Shown piece after piece: positions 42,889-52,252 of a stretch of DNA of 64,000 nucleotides. Within the stretch, counting starts at the first letter, position 1, and the number at the start of each line of letters is the position of its first letter. The stretch is from NCBI GenBank assembly GCA_023415795.1, contig JAEZJG010000022.1, forward strand, positions 188,009 through 252,008. Reading direction: 5' to 3'. The notes under the pieces are model-generated. The model saw only the letters and a list, made by a program, of their open reading frames with translations. It was not told the DNA's origin and did no database searches. The translations under genes were made by a program, and so were the position numbers. The stretch is from Bacillota bacterium. Lineage in GTDB: Bacteria; Bacillota; Clostridia; Christensenellales; SZUA-584.

Positions 42889-45123
42889 TTACAACAGAGA
42901 AACAAGATCCTTGTGCAACTCGGACATTGCATCCTCAACGGACACGTTCTTTTCAAGTATGTGCATCATATGCTTGTAAATCAAGGACTCAATCTGAGTG
43001 ATGGGAACCAGCGATCCGTCCGATTTTTTCAAAGACCTTCGCTGGCGGTTACCGGGAAAGGATTTGAACAGCAAAGGGAGCCACGGATAGTGGTTGGCGA
43101 GCTCATCGTTTGTATAGACGTTCTTTAATGGCGATTGGCCGTCCAATATGGTAAAATATTTACTCATGTCTGAGTCGCACGTCCATTCAATAAATTCAAG
43201 CGCAGCAGATGGATCGGTGCTGGATGCGGGTATCGCAAGCCCCCAGCTTCCTAGAACAGAGTGATTGCCCGGAATGTTGGCGTAACCAACCTTGCCGATA
43301 ACGCTTGACTTGGTGGTGTTGTTGACATCAGCTATAAAAGAGGCAAAGCCGACAAGCATTGCGGTTTTACCCAGATAAAAATCTCTGACAGTATCCTCAA
43401 CGGTGTAAGTCAGCGTCTCGGGCGGAGCATATTTAAATGCTTCTACTAAACTGTTTACCCCTTTCTTAAACGGAGCTGATGTGACAAGCGGATTACCCTC
43501 GTCGTCAAACACTTTGGCGTTATAGGCCCAAACTCGTATAAGAAGCTCCGGCAGAAAAATAGCGTCGTTCCGCGTCGAGAAGGAGGTTCCGTAGTCCACT
43601 GGAGAGGAGGGGTTTATCGAGCGGGTGAAGAAGCTGCTGATGATGTTGAACTCAAACCAGGTTCGGGGGACACGCAGCTTGGTGCCGTATTTCTTCTCAA
43701 ACAGCTCGCAAAGCTTGTCATCCTCAAATAGATCGCGGCGGTAAACCAGCAGCTGAGGACCAAAAAGAAAAGGTGTGCCGTAGTACCTGTTGTTGACCAT
43801 GCCTATTTTCTCTAGAAGACCATCCAAAAAAACGCTCTTGTCGACGGCGTTGGATTCTATATGATGCGTTATATCCATTAGCAGCCGTTCGGAAACGAGC
43901 ATGTCCAGCCACGGATTGTCGTACATAATAACGTCGAAATTGCTGATATAATCTCTGTCGAGCAGCTTCGATAAAAGCGTTCCATGCTCGCAAAGCGTCA
44001 CATCAACGTCTACACCGGTTTTTCGGGTGAAATCGGCGTGTGTTCTGATAATGCCGTGGGCGTTGGGCGAGTCTAAAAAGAGAGCCCGCAGTTTTCTTTC
44101 CACCGGTTTGCGTGTGGTTACCGGAGCCTTGGAGGCTTCGAACAAATTCTTGCCAATGATTTTATCTTTGAGCAGTATCTGCTGCTTTTCAAACATCAGA
44201 GGGCTATCGATATTGCCAAGCAACAGCTTTGCTGCCTTAATACCCATATAATTGGCCGGTCGCATTGTTACAATGATATTGTTGTATTTAAGCACACTGG
44301 AGAGCGTTTCCTCCCCAATTGATACCATTACCATATCATCGTATAAGGAGATGCCCGCAAGGAAGGCCGCCTGCTCCAATCCGTTTGTTACCAGCCGTGA
44401 GGTTGAGATAACCGCCTGTGGCGAATAATCCTGAAATAACGATATACCTGTTCTAAAAGCCTCTTCCTTTGTCATGCTGATGTGATATATTAAATTCTTG
44501 TCGACGTTTATATCACGCGCTTTGAAAAAGTCGTTATAGGCAAGTGTATACTCTGCTTCGCAGGAAAAATGCTCGGGACCCGCTACTAATGCAATTTTCC
44601 TGTAGCCGTGATCGAATAATTGGGATAACAGGTATTGCATAGTCTCGTATTGGTTAAAGGAAACGAAGTTCGCATCCTCGGAAGTCACCTTCCTGTCGAT
44701 AAACAAGATTGGTGTTCCTGATACCCGGTCGTAGAATTCAGTGCCCTTTAAACACGACATGACAATAAGACCGTTTACGTTTTTCTTAAGCATGCTGTTG
44801 ACGACAGCAATTTCATTTTCCGCAACATCCTCTGTTAATGCCAGGTTAAGGTAATAGCCCGCCTTGCGAATCTCCGATTCTATTCCTTCTAAAAGGTAGG
44901 CGTAGTAGTGTTCTGCGGTGTTGGGTAATATGACACCAATTTCGCGATTGCTGTTCGTGCGAAGATTTCGTGCAAACTGATTGGGTTTATAGTTTAATTC
45001 TTCGATTGCGTCTCTGATTCGTTTTGCCGTTTCGGGAAGAACGCTTTTAGCGCCTGTCAAATAATTCGACACTGTTCCGACGGATATACCTGCAAGATTC
45101 GCAACATCCTTGATTGTACTCAT
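42889..45123 (-). CDS. three-module regulator: LacI-type HTH + LacI periplasmic-binding-fold sensor + C-terminal family-1 extracellular-solute-binding-protein-like domain
   Basis: MSTIKDVANLAGISVGTVSNYLTG… (LacI HTH), …IGVILPN… (PBP type I), and residues ~340-744 with SBP_bac_1 hallmarks (…FDVIMYDNPWLDMLV…, …YYGTPFLFGPQLLVYRRDLFED…, …PRTWFEF…, …GSWGLAIPASSTDPSAALEFIEW…). There is no signal peptide. Confidence 0.75.
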   Translation of the reverse strand: MSTIKDVANLAGISVGTVSNYLTGAKSVLPETAKRIRDAIEELNYKPNQFARNLRTNSNREIGVILPNTAEHYYAYLLEGIESEIRKAGYYLNLALTEDVAENEIAVVNSMLKKNVNGLIVMSCLKGTEFYDRVSGTPILFIDRKVTSEDANFVSFNQYETMQYLLSQLFDHGYRKIALVAGPEHFSCEAEYTLAYNDFFKARDINVDKNLIYHISMTKEEAFRTGISLFQDYSPQAVISTSRLVTNGLEQAAFLAGISLYDDMVMVSIGEETLSSVLKYNNIIVTMRPANYMGIKAAKLLLGNIDSPLMFEKQQILLKDKIIGKNLFEASKAPVTTRKPVERKLRALFLDSPNAHGIIRTHADFTRKTGVDVDVTLCEHGTLLSKLLDRDYISNFDVIMYDNPWLDMLVSERLLMDITHHIESNAVDKSVFLDGLLEKIGMVNNRYYGTPFLFGPQLLVYRRDLFEDDKLCELFEKKYGTKLRVPRTWFEFNIISSFFTRSINPSSPVDYGTSFSTRNDAIFLPELLIRVWAYNAKVFDDEGNPLVTSAPFKKGVNSLVEAFKYAPPETLTYTVEDTVRDFYLGKTAMLVGFASFIADVNNTTKSSVIGKVGYANIPGNHSVLGSWGLAIPASSTDPSAALEFIEWTCDSDMSKYFTILDGQSPLKNVYTNDELANHYPWLPLLFKSFPGNRQRRSLKKSDGSLVPITQIESLIYKHMMHILEKNVSVEDAMSELHKDLVSLL

Positions 45124-45187
45124 TCTTTGCCTTCCTTATAAGGATATTTTTATTATAAATTAGTGTTCACAGAAAAGCAATACGAAA

Positions 45188-45201
45188 TTGAAACGATTCA
45201 C
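45188..45201. promoter_or_regulatory. candidate LacI/GalR-family operator 1
   Basis: TTGAAACGATTCAC has a core AAACGATTC like the GalR-type operator GTGTAAACGATTCCAC. It lies in the divergent promoter region between the regulator and the ABC operon. Confidence 0.35.
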
Positions 45202-45286
45202 TAAATTATATTAATAATAAATTATATTAATAATTTAGCGAATAACAACATATAAAAGTATATTCTCGCAAATACATTTTTCGTGG

Positions 45287-45298
45287 TAAAACGATTCA
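45287..45298. promoter_or_regulatory. candidate LacI/GalR-family operator 2
   Basis: TAAAACGATTCA has the same AAACGATTCA core, about 100 bp from site 1. Confidence 0.3.
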
Positions 45299-45444
45299 AT
45301 AAAAGTTTTAATAATTCAATTGACTTTGTCAAAGAAATATTTATAATAGCAATTGAGTTAAACAATTTACATGTCACCATTCCCACTAAAAAATGAACAG
45401 TAAAAACAGACAGATTACGCCTCAATGATGAAAGGAATTATGTT

Positions 45445-46935
45445 GTGTCTGAAGTATTGCTTGAAATGATCGGAATTCAAAAGTACTTCCCCGGTGTACA
45501 CGCTTTGGATAACGCATCACTTTGCGTTAAAAAGGGGGAAGTCCATGCTCTTGTGGGCGAAAATGGAGCGGGCAAATCCACACTGATGAAGATATTAACC
45601 GGAATTCACAAAAAGGATGAAGGTGTTATCCGATTCCGCGGTCAGGAGATCGAGGCCAGTGATCCGCGTCATTCGCAGCAGTTGGGCATCGGAATAATCC
45701 ATCAGGAACTCAACCTTATGCCTCATCTGACGGTTGCGCAAAACATTTTTATCGGCAAAGAGCCTAAACGGGGAGTTTTCATTGATCAGAATTCGGAAAA
45801 CAAACAAGCTTGGGAAATGCTCAAGGCATTGAATCTGGAAATCGATCCAACCCTCCCGGCTGGCTATCTGACAGTTGCAAAGCAGCAGATGGTGGAGATT
45901 GCAAAGGCGTTGTCGTACGACAGCGAGCTTCTTATTATGGATGAGCCGACCGCTGCATTGACCGAAAGCGAGATTCAAGAGCTGTTCAAGGTGATCCGCG
46001 ATCTGCGTGATAAGGGCCATGGCATCGTCTATATCTCTCATCGGCTGGATGAGCTTGCGCAGATAACTGACCGTGTTACAGTCATGCGCGACGGTCAATA
46101 CGTGGGCACGAGGGATACCAAGGACGTTACAAAAGAAGATATCATCAGTATGATGGTGGGGCGCACGATCTATGAGAAGCCCAAGTCTGCCAGCACGGTT
46201 GAGCAAAACGCCCCTGTTGTCCTCAAAGTTGAACACCTTATTGGTCACAACATCAAGGACGTTTCGTTTGAGCTGCGCAAGGGAGAGGTTCTCGGGTTCG
46301 CCGGATTGATGGGCGCGGGGCGTACCGAAACGATGCGCGCTTTGTTTGGCGCAGACCCTGTCGTAAGCGGCAGTGTCTACATTAAAGGGGAGCAGGTGCA
46401 TATCAAATCTCCCAGCGATGCCATCGCTAACGGCTTGTGTTACTTATCTGAAGACAGAAAAGAGTTTGGTCTGGCGGTGGGCTTAAGCGTCAGAGACAAT
46501 TGCGTGATGGCAAGCCTGAAGGATTTCATGAACGGACCATTTACGGATGATAAGAAGATTGATGCGGTTGCGCGCGAATATATAAAGAAGATTGACATTA
46601 AGACGCCGTCGCCCAAACAGCTTGTCAAAAACCTCTCCGGCGGAAACCAACAGAAGATTGTTATTGCAAAATGGCTGGTGAGAAACAGCGATATTCTAAT
46701 ATTTGATGAGCCGACGCGCGGCATAGATGTGGGCGCAAAGCAGGAGATATACAAACTGATGAACGCGCTTGCGGCTGAAGGTAAGTCCATCATCATGATC
46801 TCGTCCGAGATGCCAGAATTGCTGCGTATGAGCGACAGGCTCATCGTTATGTGCGAGGGTGTCATTACCGGCGAACTGGACATTGCTGAAGTGACACAGG
46901 AAAAAATAATGACATTAGCGACAATGAATATGTGA
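45445..46935 (+). CDS. sugar ABC transporter ATP-binding protein (CUT2 family, duplicated ATPase, RbsA/MglA-like)
   Basis: GTG start. Walker A GENGAGKST, signature and Walker B in both halves (…LSGGNQQKIVIAKWL…ILIFDEPTRGID…). Confidence 0.9.
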   Translation: MSEVLLEMIGIQKYFPGVHALDNASLCVKKGEVHALVGENGAGKSTLMKILTGIHKKDEGVIRFRGQEIEASDPRHSQQLGIGIIHQELNLMPHLTVAQNIFIGKEPKRGVFIDQNSENKQAWEMLKALNLEIDPTLPAGYLTVAKQQMVEIAKALSYDSELLIMDEPTAALTESEIQELFKVIRDLRDKGHGIVYISHRLDELAQITDRVTVMRDGQYVGTRDTKDVTKEDIISMMVGRTIYEKPKSASTVEQNAPVVLKVEHLIGHNIKDVSFELRKGEVLGFAGLMGAGRTETMRALFGADPVVSGSVYIKGEQVHIKSPSDAIANGLCYLSEDRKEFGLAVGLSVRDNCVMASLKDFMNGPFTDDKKIDAVAREYIKKIDIKTPSPKQLVKNLSGGNQQKIVIAKWLVRNSDILIFDEPTRGIDVGAKQEIYKLMNALAAEGKSIIMISSEMPELLRMSDRLIVMCEGVITGELDIAEVTQEKIMTLATMNM

Positions 46936-46945
46936 GGTTATTAGA

Positions 46946-47917
46946 ATGCATACGAAAAGGTTTGATTTAACAAAGTTGTTGGCTCCGGCAGTGTTGGTGA
47001 TACTGTACATATTCTTTTCTCTGTTTGGAACAAACTTCTTCTCGCTTGATTATTTAGTCAATATTCTGGACGGCTCGTATTACATCGGCTTCATGGCAAT
47101 CGGTGTCACGTTTGTTATCATCACCGGCGGTATCGATCTGTCTCTAGGAACAACCATGATGTGCGCGGCGCTGCTGGGCGGCGCGGCTTACAACACGCTG
47201 CACTGGCCGATGGGCTTATGCCTGCTGCTGGTGGTGGTTACTGCCACGGCGATGGGTTTCTTGAACGGTATTATGGTCGCGTTCTTCAAGCTGCCTCCCT
47301 TCATCGCCACTTTGGGTATGATGATGATGGGCATGGGCTTCGGTGCGATCGTGACAAAGGTGCAGACCATGCGCTATCCCACATTCGGAACGCCGGAGGG
47401 TTGGTTCAAGAACATATTTTATAAGACTTCTGACGGTTTTCCGCTGGGCGTTCTGTGGTTAGCCGGGTTTATCGTCATCGCATTCTTGCTCCTGAATAAA
47501 ACGAGATTCGGCCGTTATACTTTCGCTATTGGTTCCAACCGTGAAGCGGCCCGCCTCTCCGGCATCAAAATCCGTCCGTGGCTGACTGCTGTATACACGT
47601 TCTGCGGCTTCTGCAGCGGTCTTGCCGGTGTGATGTATGCTGCGGTATACACCTCCATTATCCCTTCCACAGGCAATGGACAAGAGCTTCTGGGAATCGC
47701 GGGCGTTGTTATCGGCGGGACGAGCATGAGCGGCGGCACGGGTACGTTGGTCGGAACCATCATTGGTGTATTCATCATGAGCGTGCTTAAGCAGGGATTG
47801 ATGTCGATGGGGCTGCAAAGCCACTGGCAGACGTTCTTCACCGGCGTTGTTGTCATCGCTGCGGTGCTGATGGATCAGTATCGAATCAGCAGAGGCAATC
47901 AGGTAAGAAAGGCTTAA
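46946..47917 (+). CDS. sugar ABC transporter permease (RbsC/BPD_transp_2 family)
   Basis: 323 aa with about 9-10 TM helices. …GGIDLSLGT… and …FAIGSNREAARLSGI… are typical. Confidence 0.9.
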   Translation: MHTKRFDLTKLLAPAVLVILYIFFSLFGTNFFSLDYLVNILDGSYYIGFMAIGVTFVIITGGIDLSLGTTMMCAALLGGAAYNTLHWPMGLCLLLVVVTATAMGFLNGIMVAFFKLPPFIATLGMMMMGMGFGAIVTKVQTMRYPTFGTPEGWFKNIFYKTSDGFPLGVLWLAGFIVIAFLLLNKTRFGRYTFAIGSNREAARLSGIKIRPWLTAVYTFCGFCSGLAGVMYAAVYTSIIPSTGNGQELLGIAGVVIGGTSMSGGTGTLVGTIIGVFIMSVLKQGLMSMGLQSHWQTFFTGVVVIAAVLMDQYRISRGNQVRKA

Positions 47918-47970
47918 TAAGTAATCCTCGGGAATTTCCCGTTGGAAAATAAAGAGGAGGATACCAAAAC

Positions 47971-49116
47971 ATGAAAAAGGCATTATTAATGCTGCTGGCA
48001 TTGGCAATGGTGTGGGCGTTGGCAGCATGCGGCGCTCCCCAGACTGCTCCTAGCAGCGCTCCGGCTGATACCGAAGAAGTGACCGCGACAGAGGCTCCGG
48101 CAACAGAAGCTCCTGCTGCAGGCAAGCCCTACATCGCTGTTATTTCTAAGGGCTTCCAGCACAAGTTCTGGCAGACCGTTCAGGCTGGCGCACAGGCAGC
48201 TGCTGAAAAGTATGGCGTTGACATGACGTTCGACGGCCCTCCGTCCGAATCTGATATCAGCATTCAGGTTGATATGGTGAACGCGGCTATGGCGAAGAAC
48301 CCTGCGGCTCTGTGCCTCGCGGCTCTCGATACCGAATCCCTCAACGAGCAGCTCACCGCTTGCTTGGACAAGGGTATTCCGGTAGTCGGTTTTGACTCGG
48401 GCGTTCCGAATGCTCCCGAAGGCTCAATCGTTTCCACGGCTTCTACGGACAACACTGCTGCCGGCGCTCTTGCTGCTGAGCAGATGTACGAAAAAGTGAA
48501 GGCTGCTGTTGCGGCGGCAACAAAAGATGCTCCCGTTGTTATCAGCGTTATCAGCCAGGATGCAACCTCTGCTTCCATCACTGGTCGTACGGATGGCTTC
48601 GTAGCGAAGATGTTTGAGCTGTGCGACGCCGCTCAGTCGGGTCTTGTGGCTGTGACCGGCCATGACAAGTGGACCAAAGCTTCCACCTCCGGCGATGTTG
48701 CGGTTGAAATCCTCGTTTCCATCGCGGCTTCCACGAGCGTAACGGACTGCCAGACGGCTGCGCAGGCTGTTCTTCAGAGAGGACCTGTTGGCGTGTTCTG
48801 CACAAACTCCGGTTCTGTTGACGGCATGCTGGCGGCGACCACCGACGGTTCCGATCTTGACCGTGCAAGCGGCAAGTACAAAGACCTTATCGCTGTTGGT
48901 TTTGACTCGGGCGCGACGCTGCTGAATGCCATCAAGAACAAATGGTTTGACGGCGCTGTGACTCAGGATCCGTACATGATCGGTTACTATGCGATCGAAT
49001 TGGCTGTGAAGACCCTGAACGGCGAATCTGTGGATGCCATTGTTGACACTGGCTGCAAGTACTACACGGCTGACAACATGGAAGATCCGGACATCGCGGC
49101 TCTGCTTTACGAATAA
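47971..49116 (+). CDS. sugar ABC transporter substrate-binding lipoprotein (Peripla_BP_4/RbsB-like)
   Basis: Lipobox LALAMVWALAAC, an Ala/Thr/Glu-rich linker, then …YIAVISKGFQHKFWQTV…FDGP… (type I PBP). Confidence 0.85.
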   Translation: MKKALLMLLALAMVWALAACGAPQTAPSSAPADTEEVTATEAPATEAPAAGKPYIAVISKGFQHKFWQTVQAGAQAAAEKYGVDMTFDGPPSESDISIQVDMVNAAMAKNPAALCLAALDTESLNEQLTACLDKGIPVVGFDSGVPNAPEGSIVSTASTDNTAAGALAAEQMYEKVKAAVAAATKDAPVVISVISQDATSASITGRTDGFVAKMFELCDAAQSGLVAVTGHDKWTKASTSGDVAVEILVSIAASTSVTDCQTAAQAVLQRGPVGVFCTNSGSVDGMLAATTDGSDLDRASGKYKDLIAVGFDSGATLLNAIKNKWFDGAVTQDPYMIGYYAIELAVKTLNGESVDAIVDTGCKYYTADNMEDPDIAALLYE

Positions 49117-49213
49117 GCCTATAAGAAACCAATTGATAGAGGGGGCAGTCTTTTAAGGCTGCCCCCAAAAATATAACTGCAATTATATGTTTAAGAAAAT
49201 GGGGTAATGAAAC

Positions 49214-49660
49214 ATGCTGTTGGGAGTACCGAAATTATTGTCGCCGGAGATTATTTCAACACTTTGTGAAATGGGTCATAGCGATGTCATCGTGATCGGG
49301 GATGCAAACTTTCCGGGCAAGCGCTTTGCGGAAGAAGGCAACTGTAAGTTTTTGAGGGCAGACGGTATCTCGGGTACGGCGCTGTTGGAAGCTATACTCT
49401 CCGTTATTCCGTGCGACACATACTGCGAGCATCCCGTCAAACTGATGCAGACCATGGAATGTGATCGGCATCTGGACATACCTATATGGGAAGAGTACAA
49501 AAAGATAGTGGCGAAGCATGATGAACGCGCAGATGCGGCTATCGGTTTTTTAGATAGATTTGACTTCTATGATGAAGCAAAGAAGTCCTACTGCATCATA
49601 CAATCGGGAGAAGAAGCAATTTACGCAAACATCATGATTCAAAAGGGAGTTATCAAATAG
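49214..49660 (+). CDS. fucU: RbsD/FucU family sugar mutarotase (FucU-like)
   Basis: MLLGVPKLLSPEIISTLCEMGHSDVIVIGDANFPG… is typical of L-fucose mutarotase/RbsD-FucU proteins. The substrate is not inferable from sequence. Confidence 0.75.
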   Translation: MLLGVPKLLSPEIISTLCEMGHSDVIVIGDANFPGKRFAEEGNCKFLRADGISGTALLEAILSVIPCDTYCEHPVKLMQTMECDRHLDIPIWEEYKKIVAKHDERADAAIGFLDRFDFYDEAKKSYCIIQSGEEAIYANIMIQKGVIK

Positions 49661-49661
49661 C

Positions 49662-51173
49662 ATGGCAAAGGATTTGCTGCTCGGCATAGATATAGGCACA
49701 AGCGGATGCAAAATAGCGTTGTTCTCGCCGGACGGTACGGTTATCTGTACTGTGGTGGAAGATTATCCGGTATACTACCCAGCTCCGGGCTTTGTGGAGC
49801 AGGAGCCGGACGATTGGTGGCACGCTGTATGTCGAGGTACCAAAAGAATGATTGCGGAGTATGGCGTGGACACTGCCCAAATCGCAGGTATTGGTGTCGA
49901 CGGTCAGAGCTGGGCTGCGATTGCGGTGGATCGGGACGGAAAGGCACTTACACGCAACCCGATTTGGATGGATACCCGGTCTGAAGCAATCTGTAAAGAG
50001 TTGAATGAAACAGTGGGTGAGGACGCAATATTCGAAGTGTCGGGCAACCCGCTGAAAGCACAATATACGACCGGCAAAATCATATGGTATCAGCGCAGCT
50101 TGCCGGAGGTTTACAAAAAGATCGATAAGGTTTTACAATCGAACAGCTTCATCGTATACCGCTTAACAGGTGTGTTGAGTCAGGATATGTCTCAAGGCTA
50201 TGGGCTGCACTGTTTTGACATGAGAAATGGCTGCTGGGATGATGCAATGGCAGCGGCACTGGGGATAAGCCGTCATCTGCTGCCCGACATCGCGCAATGC
50301 CACGAGGTGGTGGGTACGGTGACGACCGCGGCTGCGCAGAGTATGGGGATTTTGGCGGGTACACCGGTGGTGGCGGGCGGTTTGGATGCTGCCTGCGGGA
50401 CACTGGGAGCCGGTGTATTTCTTCCAGGGCAAACGCAGGAGCAGGGCGGTCAAGCTGGAGGCATGAGCATCTGCATGGATCAATACTGTGCGGATCCTAG
50501 ATTGATATTGAGCTATCACGTCGCGCCGAACCGGTGGCTGCTTCAGGGTGGAACAACGGGCGGCGGCGGTGTGCTGCGTTGGTTCCATGAACAGTTTGGT
50601 TATGAAGAGATACAAAGAGCGAAGGCAACGGGAGATTCCTCGTTTACGCTGCTCACAAATCTCGCGCAGACAGTATCGGCCGGCAGCGAGGGGCTGACAT
50701 TCCTGCCGTATATGGCGGGAGAGCGCTCGCCCATTTGGGATGAAAAAGCCAAAGGCGTGTTCTACGGCTTGGATTATTCGAAGACTAAGGCACATATGGT
50801 TCGGGCGGCAATGGAGGGCGCTGTATACGCTCTGCGCCATAACATTGAAGTGGCGGCTGGAGCAGGTGCCGAGGTGGGTACCATGCGCGCGATGGGTGGC
50901 GCGGCGAACTCACACTTCTGGACGCAGATGAAGGCGGACATAACGGGGAAGCCTATTGAAGTTCCCGCATCCGATGTGGCCACGACGCTGGGCGCGGCAC
51001 TGCTGGCTGGTGTCGGCTTGGGAATATACAGCGGTTTTGAGGATGCTGTGAATCAAACGGTGAAGGTAAAGCGTCGGCATGAGCCGAGCACACAGGACAA
51101 GACGGCCTATGATCGCGGTTATGAGACGTATTTGGAGCTCTATGCCGCGTTAAAAATTTTAATGCATAAGTAA
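49662..51173 (+). CDS. FGGY-family carbohydrate kinase (xylulokinase-like)
   Basis: …LLGIDIGTSGCKIALF…, …EQEPDDWW… and …GGGAANSHFWTQMKADITG… are FGGY N- and C-domain motifs. Confidence 0.85.
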   Translation: MAKDLLLGIDIGTSGCKIALFSPDGTVICTVVEDYPVYYPAPGFVEQEPDDWWHAVCRGTKRMIAEYGVDTAQIAGIGVDGQSWAAIAVDRDGKALTRNPIWMDTRSEAICKELNETVGEDAIFEVSGNPLKAQYTTGKIIWYQRSLPEVYKKIDKVLQSNSFIVYRLTGVLSQDMSQGYGLHCFDMRNGCWDDAMAAALGISRHLLPDIAQCHEVVGTVTTAAAQSMGILAGTPVVAGGLDAACGTLGAGVFLPGQTQEQGGQAGGMSICMDQYCADPRLILSYHVAPNRWLLQGGTTGGGGVLRWFHEQFGYEEIQRAKATGDSSFTLLTNLAQTVSAGSEGLTFLPYMAGERSPIWDEKAKGVFYGLDYSKTKAHMVRAAMEGAVYALRHNIEVAAGAGAEVGTMRAMGGAANSHFWTQMKADITGKPIEVPASDVATTLGAALLAGVGLGIYSGFEDAVNQTVKVKRRHEPSTQDKTAYDRGYETYLELYAALKILMHK

Positions 51174-51181
51174 AGGAAAAC

Positions 51182-52231
51182 ATGATGAAGGCAGCAGTTG
51201 TAGTAGCAAACGAAGATGTTCAGTATTTGGAGATCGAAGAGCCTCAGGTTACCGAAGGCACTGTTAAGGTTAAGGTGGCGATGTCGGGCATCTGCGGTTC
51301 GGATGTACCCAGAGTTCTCCATAACGGCGTACACTTCTACCCGATTGTGCTGGGGCATGAGTTCTCGGGCCAAATTGTGGAAGTCGGCGAAAAAGTGACA
51401 AGTGTCAAGGTAGGGGATAGAGTTGCGGGAGTGCCGCTGGTGCCATGTATGGTCTGCAGTGACTGCCAGCAGGGTAACTATGCGCTTTGCAAGCATTACA
51501 GCTTTATCGGCTCAAGACGAAACGGCAGCAACGCAGATTATGTTGTGGTGCCGGAACGCAACGTCGTGAAATTTGATAAGTCTGTCAGCTATGAGCAAGG
51601 CGCTATGTTTGAACCTTCGACAGTGGCTCTGCATGGGGTTCTGCAGAACGACTATCGGGGCGGCGGTACAGTGGCCATACTCGGTGCCGGCACAATCGGC
51701 ATATTCACATTTCAATGGGCGAAGCTGCTGGGCGCAACCAAGGTTATCGTATTTGATATCAGTGATGAGCGTTTGGCACTGGCTGAAAAGCTGGGGGCGG
51801 ACGGCATCATCAATACACTCAAAGAAAACTTTATGGACGAAGCACTGGAGGCAAGCGGCGGCAAGGGTTATGACTATGTATTTGAAACTGCCGGTGCCAC
51901 AGCCACAATGAAGATGGCCTTCAAACTGGCGGGGAGCAAAGCAAACGTCTGCTTTATCGGAACGCCGCATACCGAGCTTTGCTTTACGCCTGCCGAATGG
52001 GAAAACATGAATCGGAAGGAATTTAAGCTGACAGGTTCTTGGATGAGCTATAGCGCGCCGTTTCCGGGCAAGGAATGGACAATGACTGCAGAATACTATG
52101 CTTCGGGCAAACTCAAATTTGACGAAGGGCTGATTGGAGAACGCATATCGATGTCTGAGGCGCAGGAAGCATTCCAAAAGTTTAAGACACCGGGCGCGGT
52201 AAAAGGAAAGATTTTGCTGGTAAACAACTAA
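51182..52231 (+). CDS. zinc-dependent polyol/alcohol dehydrogenase (MDR family; sorbitol / galactitol-1-phosphate dehydrogenase-like)
   Basis: …SGICGSDVPR…, …GHEFSGQIVEVG…, the structural-zinc cysteines C..C..C…C (PCMVCSDCQQGNYALC) and the Rossmann ILGAGTIG. Confidence 0.85.
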   Translation: MMKAAVVVANEDVQYLEIEEPQVTEGTVKVKVAMSGICGSDVPRVLHNGVHFYPIVLGHEFSGQIVEVGEKVTSVKVGDRVAGVPLVPCMVCSDCQQGNYALCKHYSFIGSRRNGSNADYVVVPERNVVKFDKSVSYEQGAMFEPSTVALHGVLQNDYRGGGTVAILGAGTIGIFTFQWAKLLGATKVIVFDISDERLALAEKLGADGIINTLKENFMDEALEASGGKGYDYVFETAGATATMKMAFKLAGSKANVCFIGTPHTELCFTPAEWENMNRKEFKLTGSWMSYSAPFPGKEWTMTAEYYASGKLKFDEGLIGERISMSEAQEAFQKFKTPGAVKGKILLVNN

Positions 52232-52252
52232 TATAAAACGGAGGGAAGCAAA

